IMG/VR virus record: IMGVR_UViG_3300020282_000004
Location: 1-56,468 of that record
Source of the DNA: a virus
Lineage: Duplodnaviria > Caudoviricetes
Direction: 5' to 3' (one strand)
Length of the DNA stretch: 56,468 bases
Shown here: positions 26,251 to 34,442 of the stretch, piece by piece
Position numbering within the stretch: position 1 is the first letter of the stretch
Layout: each line of letters starts with the position of its first letter
Program-made: the position numbers and the translations under genes
The notes under the pieces: model-generated
What the model saw: the letters and a program-made list of their open reading frames with translations, nothing else
Database searches by the model: none
Told to the model about the DNA's origin: nothing

Positions 26251-26862
26251 CTATAGTGGATTGCTTGCTAGTTCATCATAGGCTTTCCAGATGTCGTCTA
26301 CCTCTGTTTGCAGTACATCTAGTTTGTCACCTATGCCATCCGTGATGGTAGTAGCTTTATCAACTTGTGAGCGTAAGTCAAGTAAAACTTTCTGCTGCTC
26401 TAGTATTTGTTGCATGTTTGTAGTCAACTGAGCTAGCTTTGAGTTCAGTCCACGCACATCATTGTTTGTAACTGTTTGCTCTACCGTTTGTATTCTACTA
26501 GTTACCGTAGCTTCTAGTGTTGTTAGCTGTTGAGTTAACTGTTGCATTTTTGCAACAATGTCATCGTTTAGGGTTGTTTCGACTTCTTGTAATTCATTTG
26601 CCGCAAATGTTTTTGCTGCTGTTATATCTCTGTCTGTATCATTGCGTAACTGAGTTAAGCTTTTTTGTAATTCTGAAATTTGCTTTGCGTTTGCGCTGGT
26701 TTTACTTAGTGCTGAGTCTATACCTTCTTCTACGCCGTAGAACCTATGAAGTGTATCATAACCCCAATAGACACCGCCTGATACAGCAGATAGAACTGGC
26801 AAAGCCACAGCAACCATCCAGCCCTTAACATTAAAGCCTCCTATACTAAACTCCATTGCCAT
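26251..26862 (-). CDS. membrane-anchored coiled-coil protein
   Basis: N-terminal TM helix (WMVAVALPVLSAVSGGVYWG) followed by long heptad repeats. Confidence 0.65.
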   Translation of the reverse strand: MAMEFSIGGFNVKGWMVAVALPVLSAVSGGVYWGYDTLHRFYGVEEGIDSALSKTSANAKQISELQKSLTQLRNDTDRDITAAKTFAANELQEVETTLNDDIVAKMQQLTQQLTTLEATVTSRIQTVEQTVTNNDVRGLNSKLAQLTTNMQQILEQQKVLLDLRSQVDKATTITDGIGDKLDVLQTEVDDIWKAYDELASNPL

Positions 26863-27740
26863 TAGTTTGGCATGGTTCCGTATTCAGCTACATACTCTCC
26901 TGCACCAAACAAATCGTCTGCTGATACCATGTCTTCTGTTAGGTAGCCCTGCCAACCAGAGCCAAACCCATCGTTGTCCCAGTTGATTACAAACTCATCA
27001 ATGCTTTGAGTATATGTTATAGTTGTGTAGTTTCCGACTACAAAGTTGTTAACCTGTGCGTAGCTGTCTATGCTGGCTGTTAAGTCTGCGTTATTAGCAG
27101 CAGCCATAAATGCACCAGCTTGTTGTGCGTAGTTCTCTACCTGTGCTACAGCCTGGTTGTATGCGTCAACTTCAGCCTGATCTATGCTATACTGATCTTC
27201 GCCTAACATACCCTGTAACGCAGTCTGCTCTGGTGATGTGTCAGCTATTGCAGCAGCTTCCATTACGCCAGTGGCAGTTAGTATCTCTGCAGAAGCATCA
27301 GCTAGTAAGTCTATAGCCTCATCCAAGTTATTCATTGCACCCTGATACTCTTGAGTGAATAACTCTGTTGCGGTAGTAGCTGTAGAGTAATCGTGGTTTA
27401 TTACAAGATCGTGTGCTTCTAGGTATGCGTCTAACTCATCCTGTGTGATAAGTCCGTCATTCATTGCGTCATCTACTATGACACCACCCAGAGCAGTATA
27501 ACCTACAGCACCTACTGTCATTGTGCCTACGTCTGTTACTCTGTTCTTTATTGCACCCAGAGAGTTAATCAGTGCGTCAATCTTTTCCTGTCCTGTCATT
27601 GTCAGGTCTAGGTTGATGTCAACTTCCAGTTCCAGCGTTTGTGGAGGTGGTGGCTGGATTGGTGGGCTTGTTGCGTTTGCTGCTCCTGAAGCGATCACTA
27701 ACGGACAACTTAGGAGTATTATCTTCCACAACTTCTTCAT
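26862..27740 (-). CDS. secreted acidic helical protein
   Basis: Sec signal MKKLWKIILLSCPLVIASGAANA, Pro linker, very D/E-rich. Confidence 0.65.
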   Translation of the reverse strand: MKKLWKIILLSCPLVIASGAANATSPPIQPPPPQTLELEVDINLDLTMTGQEKIDALINSLGAIKNRVTDVGTMTVGAVGYTALGGVIVDDAMNDGLITQDELDAYLEAHDLVINHDYSTATTATELFTQEYQGAMNNLDEAIDLLADASAEILTATGVMEAAAIADTSPEQTALQGMLGEDQYSIDQAEVDAYNQAVAQVENYAQQAGAFMAAANNADLTASIDSYAQVNNFVVGNYTTITYTQSIDEFVINWDNDGFGSGWQGYLTEDMVSADDLFGAGEYVAEYGTMPN

Positions 27741-28428
27741 CTTCGTATTCCTCTCCTACCCTTAATAGAGTATCCCAAAATTCTTTATCCTCGGCGTAGC
27801 CTACTACAAATATAGATGGGCTTTCACGATACTTGTTTATAGCATTCTTGCCCATCAACAGTCTGCCAGTACGTGCATCGTTTATAGGGCATGGAGTATT
27901 AGCTAACATCATACTCCTAAATACTGTAGGGTCTTGGCACATCACTGAGATAGCCGACACCTGTAATCCCAGCCCACCAACCTGTTGAGGTAACCCAAGT
28001 AATCTAGCATTCTTTCTGCGATTACAGTTGGGGTCTTGCTGCATCTCACCTTGAGACAGGCCAATTATATTTAACTGAAGCCCTCTACTCTTCGGGATTA
28101 AGCAAGAGTCGTTACCTCCCCCACCCATCATTGTCGGAGAGATACTTGACATTACAGGGCTACTCCCTGGTGATGAACCTGCTCCGTTGTAGTTTATGAC
28201 TTCGCTAGTATTGTTTGACTCAACTGTAGAATCTTCGTAGTTGTTCGAGAAGTCACCTGTTATATCGTTACCAGTGTCGTTAGTCGTGGTGTTATTTGTA
28301 GTTGTGCCATCATCTATCGGTACTTGTTCCTGTGCAGATACTGGATGACAACTGTGTAATAGCAGTATCGCTACACATAAGTTCCGTAGCAGCTTCCGTA
28401 TGTCCGATAATTGCGAGTGTTTGTGCAT
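27619..28428 (-). CDS. secreted Cys-patterned protein
   Basis: Signal-like N-terminus, T/N-rich linker, DSC...DPNCNRRKNARLL...AISVMCQD...NTPCP. Confidence 0.65.
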   Translation of the reverse strand: MHKHSQLSDIRKLLRNLCVAILLLHSCHPVSAQEQVPIDDGTTTNNTTTNDTGNDITGDFSNNYEDSTVESNNTSEVINYNGAGSSPGSSPVMSSISPTMMGGGGNDSCLIPKSRGLQLNIIGLSQGEMQQDPNCNRRKNARLLGLPQQVGGLGLQVSAISVMCQDPTVFRSMMLANTPCPINDARTGRLLMGKNAINKYRESPSIFVVGYAEDKEFWDTLLRVGEEYEDEEVVEDNTPKLSVSDRFRSSKRNKPTNPATTSTNAGTGS

Positions 28429-28549
28429 CTTGGTTTCTCTGACATACAGTATCCCCCACTCGACACGATGCAGTATAGTTTATAGTTTGACAAGCTGATA
28501 ATATTCCTAATACGCATAGTTGTATTGATGCGTTTCTTAATGTCAACAC
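28310..28549 (-). CDS. putative lipoprotein
   Basis: Lipobox ILSA-C after a hydrophobic stretch; four further Cys. Confidence 0.5.
   Translation of the reverse strand: MLTLRNASIQLCVLGILSACQTINYTASCRVGDTVCQRNQDAQTLAIIGHTEAATELMCSDTAITQLSSSICTGTSTDR
28518..28546 (-). promoter_or_regulatory. promoter-like TTGACA-N16-TACAACT
   Basis: Same architecture as the MCP promoter; overlaps the lipoprotein start. Confidence 0.45.
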
Positions 28550-28554
28550 TTTAT

Positions 28555-28815
28555 TTACCCTACACCTGGTCTTTTTCTGTCAGGGTCTAGCACTTCGTAA
28601 CGACTTAGAAAGCCCTCAAGGTACATAGCTCTCTCTACATGGTCTAATGTATAACTTTTTCCGAGTTTAGACTTTAGTGCTTCACGTACATAGAACACAT
28701 CTGACTTAGGAATGTGAACTCTACGTAGCTTTTTACTGTCTCCGTCTGCTATTGCCTCGTAGAACTCTTCAATAACGTCTTCAGAAGAGTACATATTTAC
28801 TTTGTTTCTGTACAT
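28555..28815 (-). CDS. conserved hypothetical protein, first gene of the leftward arm
   Basis: 86 aa, VHIPKSDVFYVREAL...LDHVERAMYLEG. Confidence 0.6.
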   Translation of the reverse strand: MYRNKVNMYSSEDVIEEFYEAIADGDSKKLRRVHIPKSDVFYVREALKSKLGKSYTLDHVERAMYLEGFLSRYEVLDPDRKRPGVG

Positions 28816-28953
28816 AGTCCTGCCTAAAAGGTGGTATGTACCATAAACTACGTGTGAGGAGGAGGATTGTGAGGAAGAAAGACACCCAGAATACGGTACA
28901 TACCTAGTATAACACTATTTATTGGTTATAATTATTGTAGTGTTACTAGATTT

Positions 28954-28982
28954 AGTATACAGGAGGTTAGTATTACTGTCAA
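28954..28982 (-). promoter_or_regulatory. consensus sigma70 promoter, leftward
   Basis: TTGACA-17 nt-TATACT with an AT-rich UP-like region at 28983-29040. Confidence 0.75.
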
Positions 28983-29072
28983 GTTAAACTTTATTTTTGT
29001 TATATTATTTATTTATTATTACTTTTTTTAAGTCTAAACACTAAATGTTTAACTATCCTGCTCCTGCTTCGC

Positions 29073-29101
29073 AGTTATACCCAGAAAATAGGCTGTGTCA
29101 A
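29073..29101 (-). promoter_or_regulatory. leftward promoter TTGACA-N16-TATAACT
   Basis: CTTGACACAG...GTATAACT, flanks identical to the 40301-40330 promoter. Confidence 0.6.
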
Positions 29102-29338
29102 GTGTTTATTTCTGTATATGCGACATTATGTCACCATTCTAAAAACCACTTCTGTGTATTTGTGTATATATACGTACTGGGTAACGGGGGGTGGCGCTCG
29201 CAGGGTGGTGCTTTTGACTGGCTATCTTGCAGTATTGGTACTGTTTTGCTTACTAAGTTACTGTTTTTACAACATAAACTAACTGATATATCCTCAATAG
29301 ACTACAAAAAGGTGTTGTAATTATGCAACTTCTCAGAA

Positions 29339-29395
29339 TGTGATCACAATTTGACAAGGGATGCACAACTAGACCCCATACTTTGTGATCACAAA
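29339..29395. repeat. two TGTGATCACA palindromes
   Basis: 29339-29348 and 29384-29393 (the second extends to the 14 bp TTTGTGATCACAAA). Confidence 0.7.
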
Positions 29396-29411
29396 ATACC
29401 ATACCCCATAA

Positions 29412-29456
29412 GAACGAATCAGGAACAAACAACTACAAGCAGAACCAAACAGGAAC
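29412..29456 (+). promoter_or_regulatory. two alphaproteobacterial LexA-type boxes GAAC-N7-GAAC
   Basis: GAACgaatcagGAAC (29412-29426) and GAACcaaacagGAAC (29442-29456). Confidence 0.6.
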
Positions 29457-29512
29457 AGCTAAAAAAAGAATCGTTTAATTACAACAACTTATAAAATAAT
29501 TCAAAAAAACAC

Positions 29513-29542
29513 TTGCTTTCTATGTTGGGGTATGCCCTTAAT
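29513..29542 (+). promoter_or_regulatory. possible rightward early promoter
   Basis: TTGCTT-18 nt-CTTAAT preceded by an A-tract UP-like element. Confidence 0.35.
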
Positions 29543-29667
29543 AGTACATCGAAAAGATAGCGGAAACCGAAAAGCACAAGGTAAGACCTAGCTAGGACTG
29601 AAGCACTTAAGTCGACATAGACGGATAATGAAAAGACCCTCTAATAAATACTAACTAAATAAAATAC

Positions 29668-29696
29668 TTGACTAACAAAACTAAATACGAAAGACT
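29668..29696 (+). promoter_or_regulatory. rightward early promoter
   Basis: TTGACT-17 nt-AAGACT with AT-rich upstream sequence. Confidence 0.5.
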
Positions 29697-30003
29697 GAAT
29701 ACAACACTAACGAAAGATAACTGATACGACACAAACGAATAGACATAATTTTGCAATAGCTCATAGGCGTGAAAGTGAGAATACACTACAAGCCCAGCCA
29801 ATAGGCAAGCAGACAATAAACGTGGACGCCACTAAGTCTGTACAAGTGTTGACTAACACATAACCACTGAAAAGGTGCTAACCTACTGTATGATTGCAAC
29901 CTGTATTTTGTGGACACACTAACTGCTAATCTAGGCCAACCTAGACTTTGCTTGACAATGGGTGGATAGTGTGTCTAGCTAAATATAGAGAGGAGTACTA
30001 CCA

Positions 30004-30264
30004 ATGATATTACTTGACGGACAAAGGTATGAGCGCAACGGATTGTTCGCTACACCTGAAACTATAGATGACTTGACTGATCAGCTTAACAGCCCTGAGC
30101 AATGGGTTGCTTATGGTCTAACAACTAACTTTTTACACAATGAGTTCAACAAAGTTCTTGACAACCTACAGAAAGATATAGAAGCTCTAGAGGAAAAGTG
30201 TGACGTTTACAGACGTGCATACAATTATGAGAGAGGATTGACGGATAATGACACAACCAGTTAG
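30004..30264 (+). CDS. early hypothetical protein
   Basis: GAGGAG RBS; first gene of the rightward arm; C-terminal coiled coil. Confidence 0.65.
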   Translation: MILLDGQRYERNGLFATPETIDDLTDQLNSPEQWVAYGLTTNFLHNEFNKVLDNLQKDIEALEEKCDVYRRAYNYERGLTDNDTTS

Positions 30265-30838
30265 GAACATACTCAAGATATACCGTATGGCTACCACTGA
30301 GGACATAGCTAATGGCGTGGAGTGGTACGATAGAGCCAAGCGGTATGCTGACACTATATCCAAGCAGACTGGAGTGCATCTGCATACAGTAATTGGAGTA
30401 ATGGCGGCACTATCACCCAACAACAAATGGGAGCGCAACGTTGCAGACTGTGAGCGTATGTGTATGTACTGGATGCATGGCTATGACTTGGACGACTTCA
30501 AAGTCTCATGCTACAACACTATGAAGCTCAAGGCTTGGAGCATACTTGCTGACAACTTGACCAGTGACGATGACATATTGACTAGACTCAATGGGCAAAA
30601 GATCAGGTCATTCTATTCCAACATACGAGGGCTGGACGAAGTGACTATAGACGGCCATGCCCTTAACATTGCACTAGGCAAGCTTCAAGGCTTGACTACT
30701 GACAAGACTAACATGGGCAAAAAAGTCTATGTAGAGATGCAGAAGCATTATGTACGTGCTGCCAAAAGAGTTGACATACCAGCCCACGTATTGCAAGCTA
30801 TTACTTGGACAACATGGAAGAGAGTACACAAGATATGA
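30248..30838 (+). CDS. DUF7178-like protein (HhH-glycosylase-like fold suspected)
   Basis: G.EWY, AALSP..KWERN, GQKIRSFYSNI, VTIDGHA, LQAITW. Confidence 0.6.
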   Translation: MTQPVRNILKIYRMATTEDIANGVEWYDRAKRYADTISKQTGVHLHTVIGVMAALSPNNKWERNVADCERMCMYWMHGYDLDDFKVSCYNTMKLKAWSILADNLTSDDDILTRLNGQKIRSFYSNIRGLDEVTIDGHALNIALGKLQGLTTDKTNMGKKVYVEMQKHYVRAAKRVDIPAHVLQAITWTTWKRVHKI

Positions 30839-30966
30839 AAACTTTAATAGATAAGGTAATTGATCAAATAGTGATAGATGTTAATAAAAAAGATTACACT
30901 GCAATAGAGGAGCTATTGAAGGTAATACCAAGAGAAAACCTAATAGGGTTTTTATCAGAAACTTAA
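30835..30966 (+). CDS. 43 aa early protein
   Basis: ATGA-coupled; MKTLIDKVIDQIVIDVNKKDYTAIEELL...; not in ORF track. Confidence 0.55.
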   Translation: MKTLIDKVIDQIVIDVNKKDYTAIEELLKVIPRENLIGFLSET

Positions 30967-30986
30967 ACAAACAAAGAGGAGATATT

Positions 30987-31211
30987 ATGTTTGTAATACT
31001 AGCAACTAAACCAACTCAGGACGGATGCAAAGGTTTCCGTTTCAACTTCCTTGGCATCAAGGGCATCTACCGCAAGCGTAGCATTATCAGGCGCTGGGGT
31101 AGGCAGGAAGGTAATTGTATGCTCAGCTACCACTTTGGCAAGCGTAGCCTTTACATTGAGAAGTCTGCTAACACTAGAACTAGACGCAAGTTCAGACACG
31201 TAGCTGGGTGA
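30987..31211 (+). CDS. basic early protein
   Basis: GAGGAG RBS, GFRFNFLGIKG. Confidence 0.6.
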   Translation: MFVILATKPTQDGCKGFRFNFLGIKGIYRKRSIIRRWGRQEGNCMLSYHFGKRSLYIEKSANTRTRRKFRHVAG

Positions 31212-31215
31212 TACT

Positions 31216-31572
31216 ATGCAGAACATGGTAGTAAAAAACAAAGGGCTTGACTTTACTGAATCTCAGTGGGGTCAACTCATAGAGGGCAATGGACTGCTTA
31301 TCATGTGGTTCATTGAGTGGAACAAAGGTGACAAGCAAGATGCTAATATCTTGGAGTTCTTTGCTCGTAAGTATCAACAGTCTGCTGGCTGTGAGCCTTT
31401 TCCATTAGGTGGGAAGGTAGCACTAGACGGTAAGTATGTATCGAGAGGTGATGATGACCTTGAGCCATACTTCCTGATCAATACTAATGAGGGCGTTGGA
31501 TACGTCTATCCATACGCAATAGTAGCACTGCCTAGAAAATCAGGCGGTCACCATATAGTGAGGATGGACTAA
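31216..31572 (+). CDS. early hypothetical protein
   Basis: 118 aa; G.Y.S.GDDDLEP...YVYPYAIVA...RMD. Confidence 0.65.
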   Translation: MQNMVVKNKGLDFTESQWGQLIEGNGLLIMWFIEWNKGDKQDANILEFFARKYQQSAGCEPFPLGGKVALDGKYVSRGDDDLEPYFLINTNEGVGYVYPYAIVALPRKSGGHHIVRMD

Positions 31573-31799
31573 TGAAGCTTAACTGTACAATTCAAATGGA
31601 CAATGATGCGTTTATGGGTATTGATGAAGGAGCGCATCCAACTCTTGAAGTAGCTAGAATACTTCACGGATTGGCCGATAATATGTGTCAGTCTTATCCA
31701 GATGACACCTCATGGGATGGATACCTAAGAGACATAAACGGTAACAAAGTTGGTTACTACAAATATGAATCGGATATAGATGTAGAGGAGTGTGACTAA
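31572..31799 (+). CDS. acidic early protein
   Basis: IQMDNDAF...EVARIL...LRDINGNKVG; TAATG coupling. Confidence 0.65.
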   Translation: MKLNCTIQMDNDAFMGIDEGAHPTLEVARILHGLADNMCQSYPDDTSWDGYLRDINGNKVGYYKYESDIDVEECD

Positions 31800-32056
31800 T
31801 GACTAAAAAATGGAGCTTAGAAAATATGCACACGGTGAAAGACTTAGCCAAGAAACTAAACATAGAGGTGGGCATGAGTACAAGCATGGCAGTCGAGGAG
31901 GCTATGACCTACCTTACAATGTCATTCCACAAACGTAACGTGGATAGTATCAAGGCGGCTGAGTTACTCAGGTGGTGGCTCAGTGACTTTCAAGACAAGG
32001 AGCTAGAATACTTTGAGATTAGAGTAGACTTAGCCAAACAAGTGAGGAACAGATAA
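31799..32056 (+). CDS. early hypothetical protein
   Basis: TAATG-coupled ORF with GAGGAG RBS. Confidence 0.6.
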   Translation: MTKKWSLENMHTVKDLAKKLNIEVGMSTSMAVEEAMTYLTMSFHKRNVDSIKAAELLRWWLSDFQDKELEYFEIRVDLAKQVRNR

Positions 32057-32319
32057 TGTATGACTTTGACAATGACCCAAAAAGAATACAAGACAAGCTG
32101 TACTGTAGCATGAGCGCACACTTCTTGACTAACGAACTACCAGTCGAGGCTATTGACTGGGATGAAGACAAGATAGAGGAATGGTGTAAGGAAAATGTTT
32201 GGCAACCATTCGAGTATTGGGAAGCTTCAGATGTTATGGACTTAATCGAGAGTGCCGCCTGGCATGCTTACAGATTTATGAAAAGCAACTGGAAGGAGTT
32301 GAACAATGGCAAAGTATAA
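32056..32319 (+). CDS. acidic early protein
   Basis: TAATG-coupled, D/E/W-rich. Confidence 0.6.
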   Translation: MYDFDNDPKRIQDKLYCSMSAHFLTNELPVEAIDWDEDKIEEWCKENVWQPFEYWEASDVMDLIESAAWHAYRFMKSNWKELNNGKV

Positions 32320-32515
32320 AGTGACAGCCACAATGGATGTGGGATACGAAGCTATTATTGAAGCTGATAGTGAAGAGGAAGCATGGGCGATAGCACGTGG
32401 TGACAGATTTGAAGAGGCTGACTGGGAAAAGACAGACAACGGACACGACTGGACTTTGGAAAACATTTGGAAGCATGAAGATGCTTGGTATGGAATTAAT
32501 AGAATAGATGAATAG
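32306..32515 (+). CDS. acidic early protein
   Basis: AAGGAG RBS; IEADSEEEAWAIA motif. Confidence 0.6.
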   Translation: MAKYKVTATMDVGYEAIIEADSEEEAWAIARGDRFEEADWEKTDNGHDWTLENIWKHEDAWYGINRIDE

Positions 32516-32531
32516 AGAAGGAGACTAAGGA

Positions 32532-32804
32532 ATGCGTAATATAAAACTAAATGTATCTCGGAGTGTTGAACAGATGTGCATAGCATCATTCAGATCTATG
32601 TTTGTTGAGCGCTTGGAAGATGGTGTCGACCTAACACCCAAGTATATAGAGATGCTAGTCAAGGAACACTGTGAGCCATACATGATAGTGACACAAGGTT
32701 TTACACATGACCTACTAGCTAATGCACTGGACTACATGGACTGGGAGTACATATCCTATCACATCAACCACCCAGTATATAAGGAGACTAAAGATGGACG
32801 GTGA
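32532..32804 (+). CDS. early hypothetical protein
   Basis: AAGGAG RBS; DLLANALDYMDWEYI. Confidence 0.6.
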   Translation: MRNIKLNVSRSVEQMCIASFRSMFVERLEDGVDLTPKYIEMLVKEHCEPYMIVTQGFTHDLLANALDYMDWEYISYHINHPVYKETKDGR

Positions 32805-33090
32805 ACTAATACTAAGTGACTATGAGAAGGGATACTTACTATCTGTGTATGACTTACAGGCAGTGTACGAGGCCAAGGAGTACATCCAAGAGTATCCAGA
32901 AGAAAACTTTTGGTTTATGCAAGTTGTAGGCGACAGGACTTTTGACATGTGTATATACCTATCAGATGAGGACGACATTACCTCAGACAAAGTGTGCGTG
33001 GTGTATGAGTGCCACCCCGATGGTACTGGCTGTATGACTACGGACACATCATTCCAATATTATTTAAAGGGTAGAAAGGAGGAAGACTGA
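32794..33090 (+). CDS. acidic early protein
   Basis: AAGGAG RBS before ATG 32794 (MDGELIL...). Confidence 0.6.
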   Translation: MDGELILSDYEKGYLLSVYDLQAVYEAKEYIQEYPEENFWFMQVVGDRTFDMCIYLSDEDDITSDKVCVVYECHPDGTGCMTTDTSFQYYLKGRKEED

Positions 33091-33269
33091 TGCTACCTGA
33101 TGAAATGGAAGCTGAGAAAAACAGGAAGCTGTTACTATCTCAGGCTGACAAGATAGAGATACTAGAGAGAAATGTGCGTGACTTGCAACAGAACTTACAA
33201 GATGCGTATGTAATAATAAAACATAAACAGCAAAGGATAGATGAACTAACATGCAACCAAGAAACATAA
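33090..33269 (+). CDS. 59 aa coiled-coil early protein
   Basis: AGGAGG RBS, TGATG coupling; LERNVRDLQQNLQDAY; not in ORF track. Confidence 0.55.
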   Translation: MLPDEMEAEKNRKLLLSQADKIEILERNVRDLQQNLQDAYVIIKHKQQRIDELTCNQET

Positions 33270-33526
33270 ACGCACATCAACGTGTGAAGTATGAGCCTAG
33301 CTATCTCAAGCGTGGCAGACAGTGTACACTATTCGGTGTGGACTTTGAGAGCGTAGCACAAGCGGCTAGGTACTGGAAGATTTCATACTCATGGGCTAAA
33401 GAACAGATAGATGGTGGACACAACAAGCACAAGCTACCCAGGCGGTACATCCACAAAGGTAAACCAAGAGGACGATGGAGGACTAAGCATGAAGTGGTTA
33501 ATATTCATAGCACTGACACAAGGTAA
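33251..33526 (+). CDS. small basic HTH (NUMOD1-like) DNA-binding protein
   Basis: GVDFESVAQAARYWKISYSWAKEQI. Confidence 0.5.
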   Translation: MQPRNINAHQRVKYEPSYLKRGRQCTLFGVDFESVAQAARYWKISYSWAKEQIDGGHNKHKLPRRYIHKGKPRGRWRTKHEVVNIHSTDTR

Positions 33527-33716
33527 CTCGTTTACGATAGACGACAGACCTTTTGAGACAGAGGATGATTGCATTGCATACATAAGTAGCATTGACAACG
33601 TAGATCATTTAGCTGTAGAAGTTATATCGAGGGCTGGCTTCAATGCCAGACTGACTGAGTTGAGATGTATAACTGAACAAGAGAGGAAGACTTATGAGAC
33701 TATACAAAAACTCTGA
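33489..33716 (+). CDS. small exported protein ([FY]xTxExC type)
   Basis: GGAGG RBS, MKWLIFIAL..., FETEDDC, second Cys near the C-terminus. Confidence 0.55.
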   Translation: MKWLIFIALTQGNSFTIDDRPFETEDDCIAYISSIDNVDHLAVEVISRAGFNARLTELRCITEQERKTYETIQKL

Positions 33717-34017
33717 GGGTGTATGGGCAGGTACACAAGCTGACGCACGTAAGATGTGTGGCAAGACTTATAGTACTGTCGATGTACCAACCGACAAGCC
33801 TAACCTATTAAAGTTCCTTAACCTCAATCAGGTTGGCTCCTATACTAGTAACGATAAGCAAGATACTATTACAGGAGAGATTGATACTTCAAACAAAAGT
33901 GCAATGTCTTGGATACGATGGAGCCACGACTGTATGTGTAGAGGACAGTATGAAGATGCAAAAGAAATGTTAAGAAAAGGATTGGAGCTAGCAAGAGATG
34001 GTAAAGAAAGCACCTGA
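33694..34017 (+). CDS. early hypothetical protein
   Basis: G.WAGTQADAR...VDVPTDKPNLLKFLN. Confidence 0.65.
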   Translation: MRLYKNSEGVWAGTQADARKMCGKTYSTVDVPTDKPNLLKFLNLNQVGSYTSNDKQDTITGEIDTSNKSAMSWIRWSHDCMCRGQYEDAKEMLRKGLELARDGKEST

Positions 34018-34183
34018 GAAGTTAAATATAGAGGTAACGTTATCTAGTGAGAACTCATGTTACTTAGGTATAAAGGACTACATTATATACGTAGAGGTGA
34101 GTCAAGCTACAGAGAATAAACCCCTCGTAAGTTTTTGGAAGAAAGGATGGAAAGATGATAGAGCTATTACTCTCAGTCATTGA
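33998..34183 (+). CDS. early hypothetical protein
   Basis: GGAG RBS, tiles between its neighbours. Confidence 0.5.
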   Translation: MVKKAPEKLNIEVTLSSENSCYLGIKDYIIYVEVSQATENKPLVSFWKKGWKDDRAITLSH

Positions 34184-34442
34184 GGAACCCAACCAGATAC
34201 ACAAGTATTGTATGTCCAAGCATGATCACTGGACAGGCAGAGCCGCATGTGTACAAGAGCTACGACATGCCCAGCGCAAGCTAGAGGTAGAGAGACTACG
34301 ACAGTTCTTGAAAGAGAACCCACACTACAAGTACCCAGGCATGGCATTGCCTAACGGAAAGATAAAACCTCTTGACGTTTGCTGGGGATCTGATAAAACT
34401 TATTACATAGGAAGTGACAAACAGAAGAGGAGTAAGTGCTGA
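34155..34442 (+). CDS. early hypothetical protein
   Basis: 95 aa; LRQFLKENPHYKYPGMA. Confidence 0.55.
   Translation: MIELLLSVIEEPNQIHKYCMSKHDHWTGRAACVQELRHAQRKLEVERLRQFLKENPHYKYPGMALPNGKIKPLDVCWGSDKTYYIGSDKQKRSKC

Noticed and set aside
6-27765. Many + strand ORFs over the late arm (e.g. 3799-4113, 6753-7166, 9870-10688, 21867-22340)
   Set aside because: Antisense shadows of well-supported - strand genes, with no RBS or motifs
29045-29320. 91 aa ORF in the control region
   Set aside because: No RBS, overlaps promoter and terminus-like elements, not protein-like
29250-29492. IHF-like sites (TAAGTTACTGTTTT; TTACAACAACTTA)
   Set aside because: Only partial matches to WATCAA-N4-TTR in AT-rich DNA; too weak to call
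29849-29980. Further TTGACT/TTGACA hexamers at 29849 and 29952
   Set aside because: No convincing -10 at 16-18 nt; the second lies inside the predicted RNA stem-loop
28816-30003. tRNA gene or tRNA-derived attP core
   Set aside because: No cloverleaf or T-loop GTTCGA-type element recognised by eye; tRNAscan/ARAGORN and a BLAST against host tRNAs would be needed
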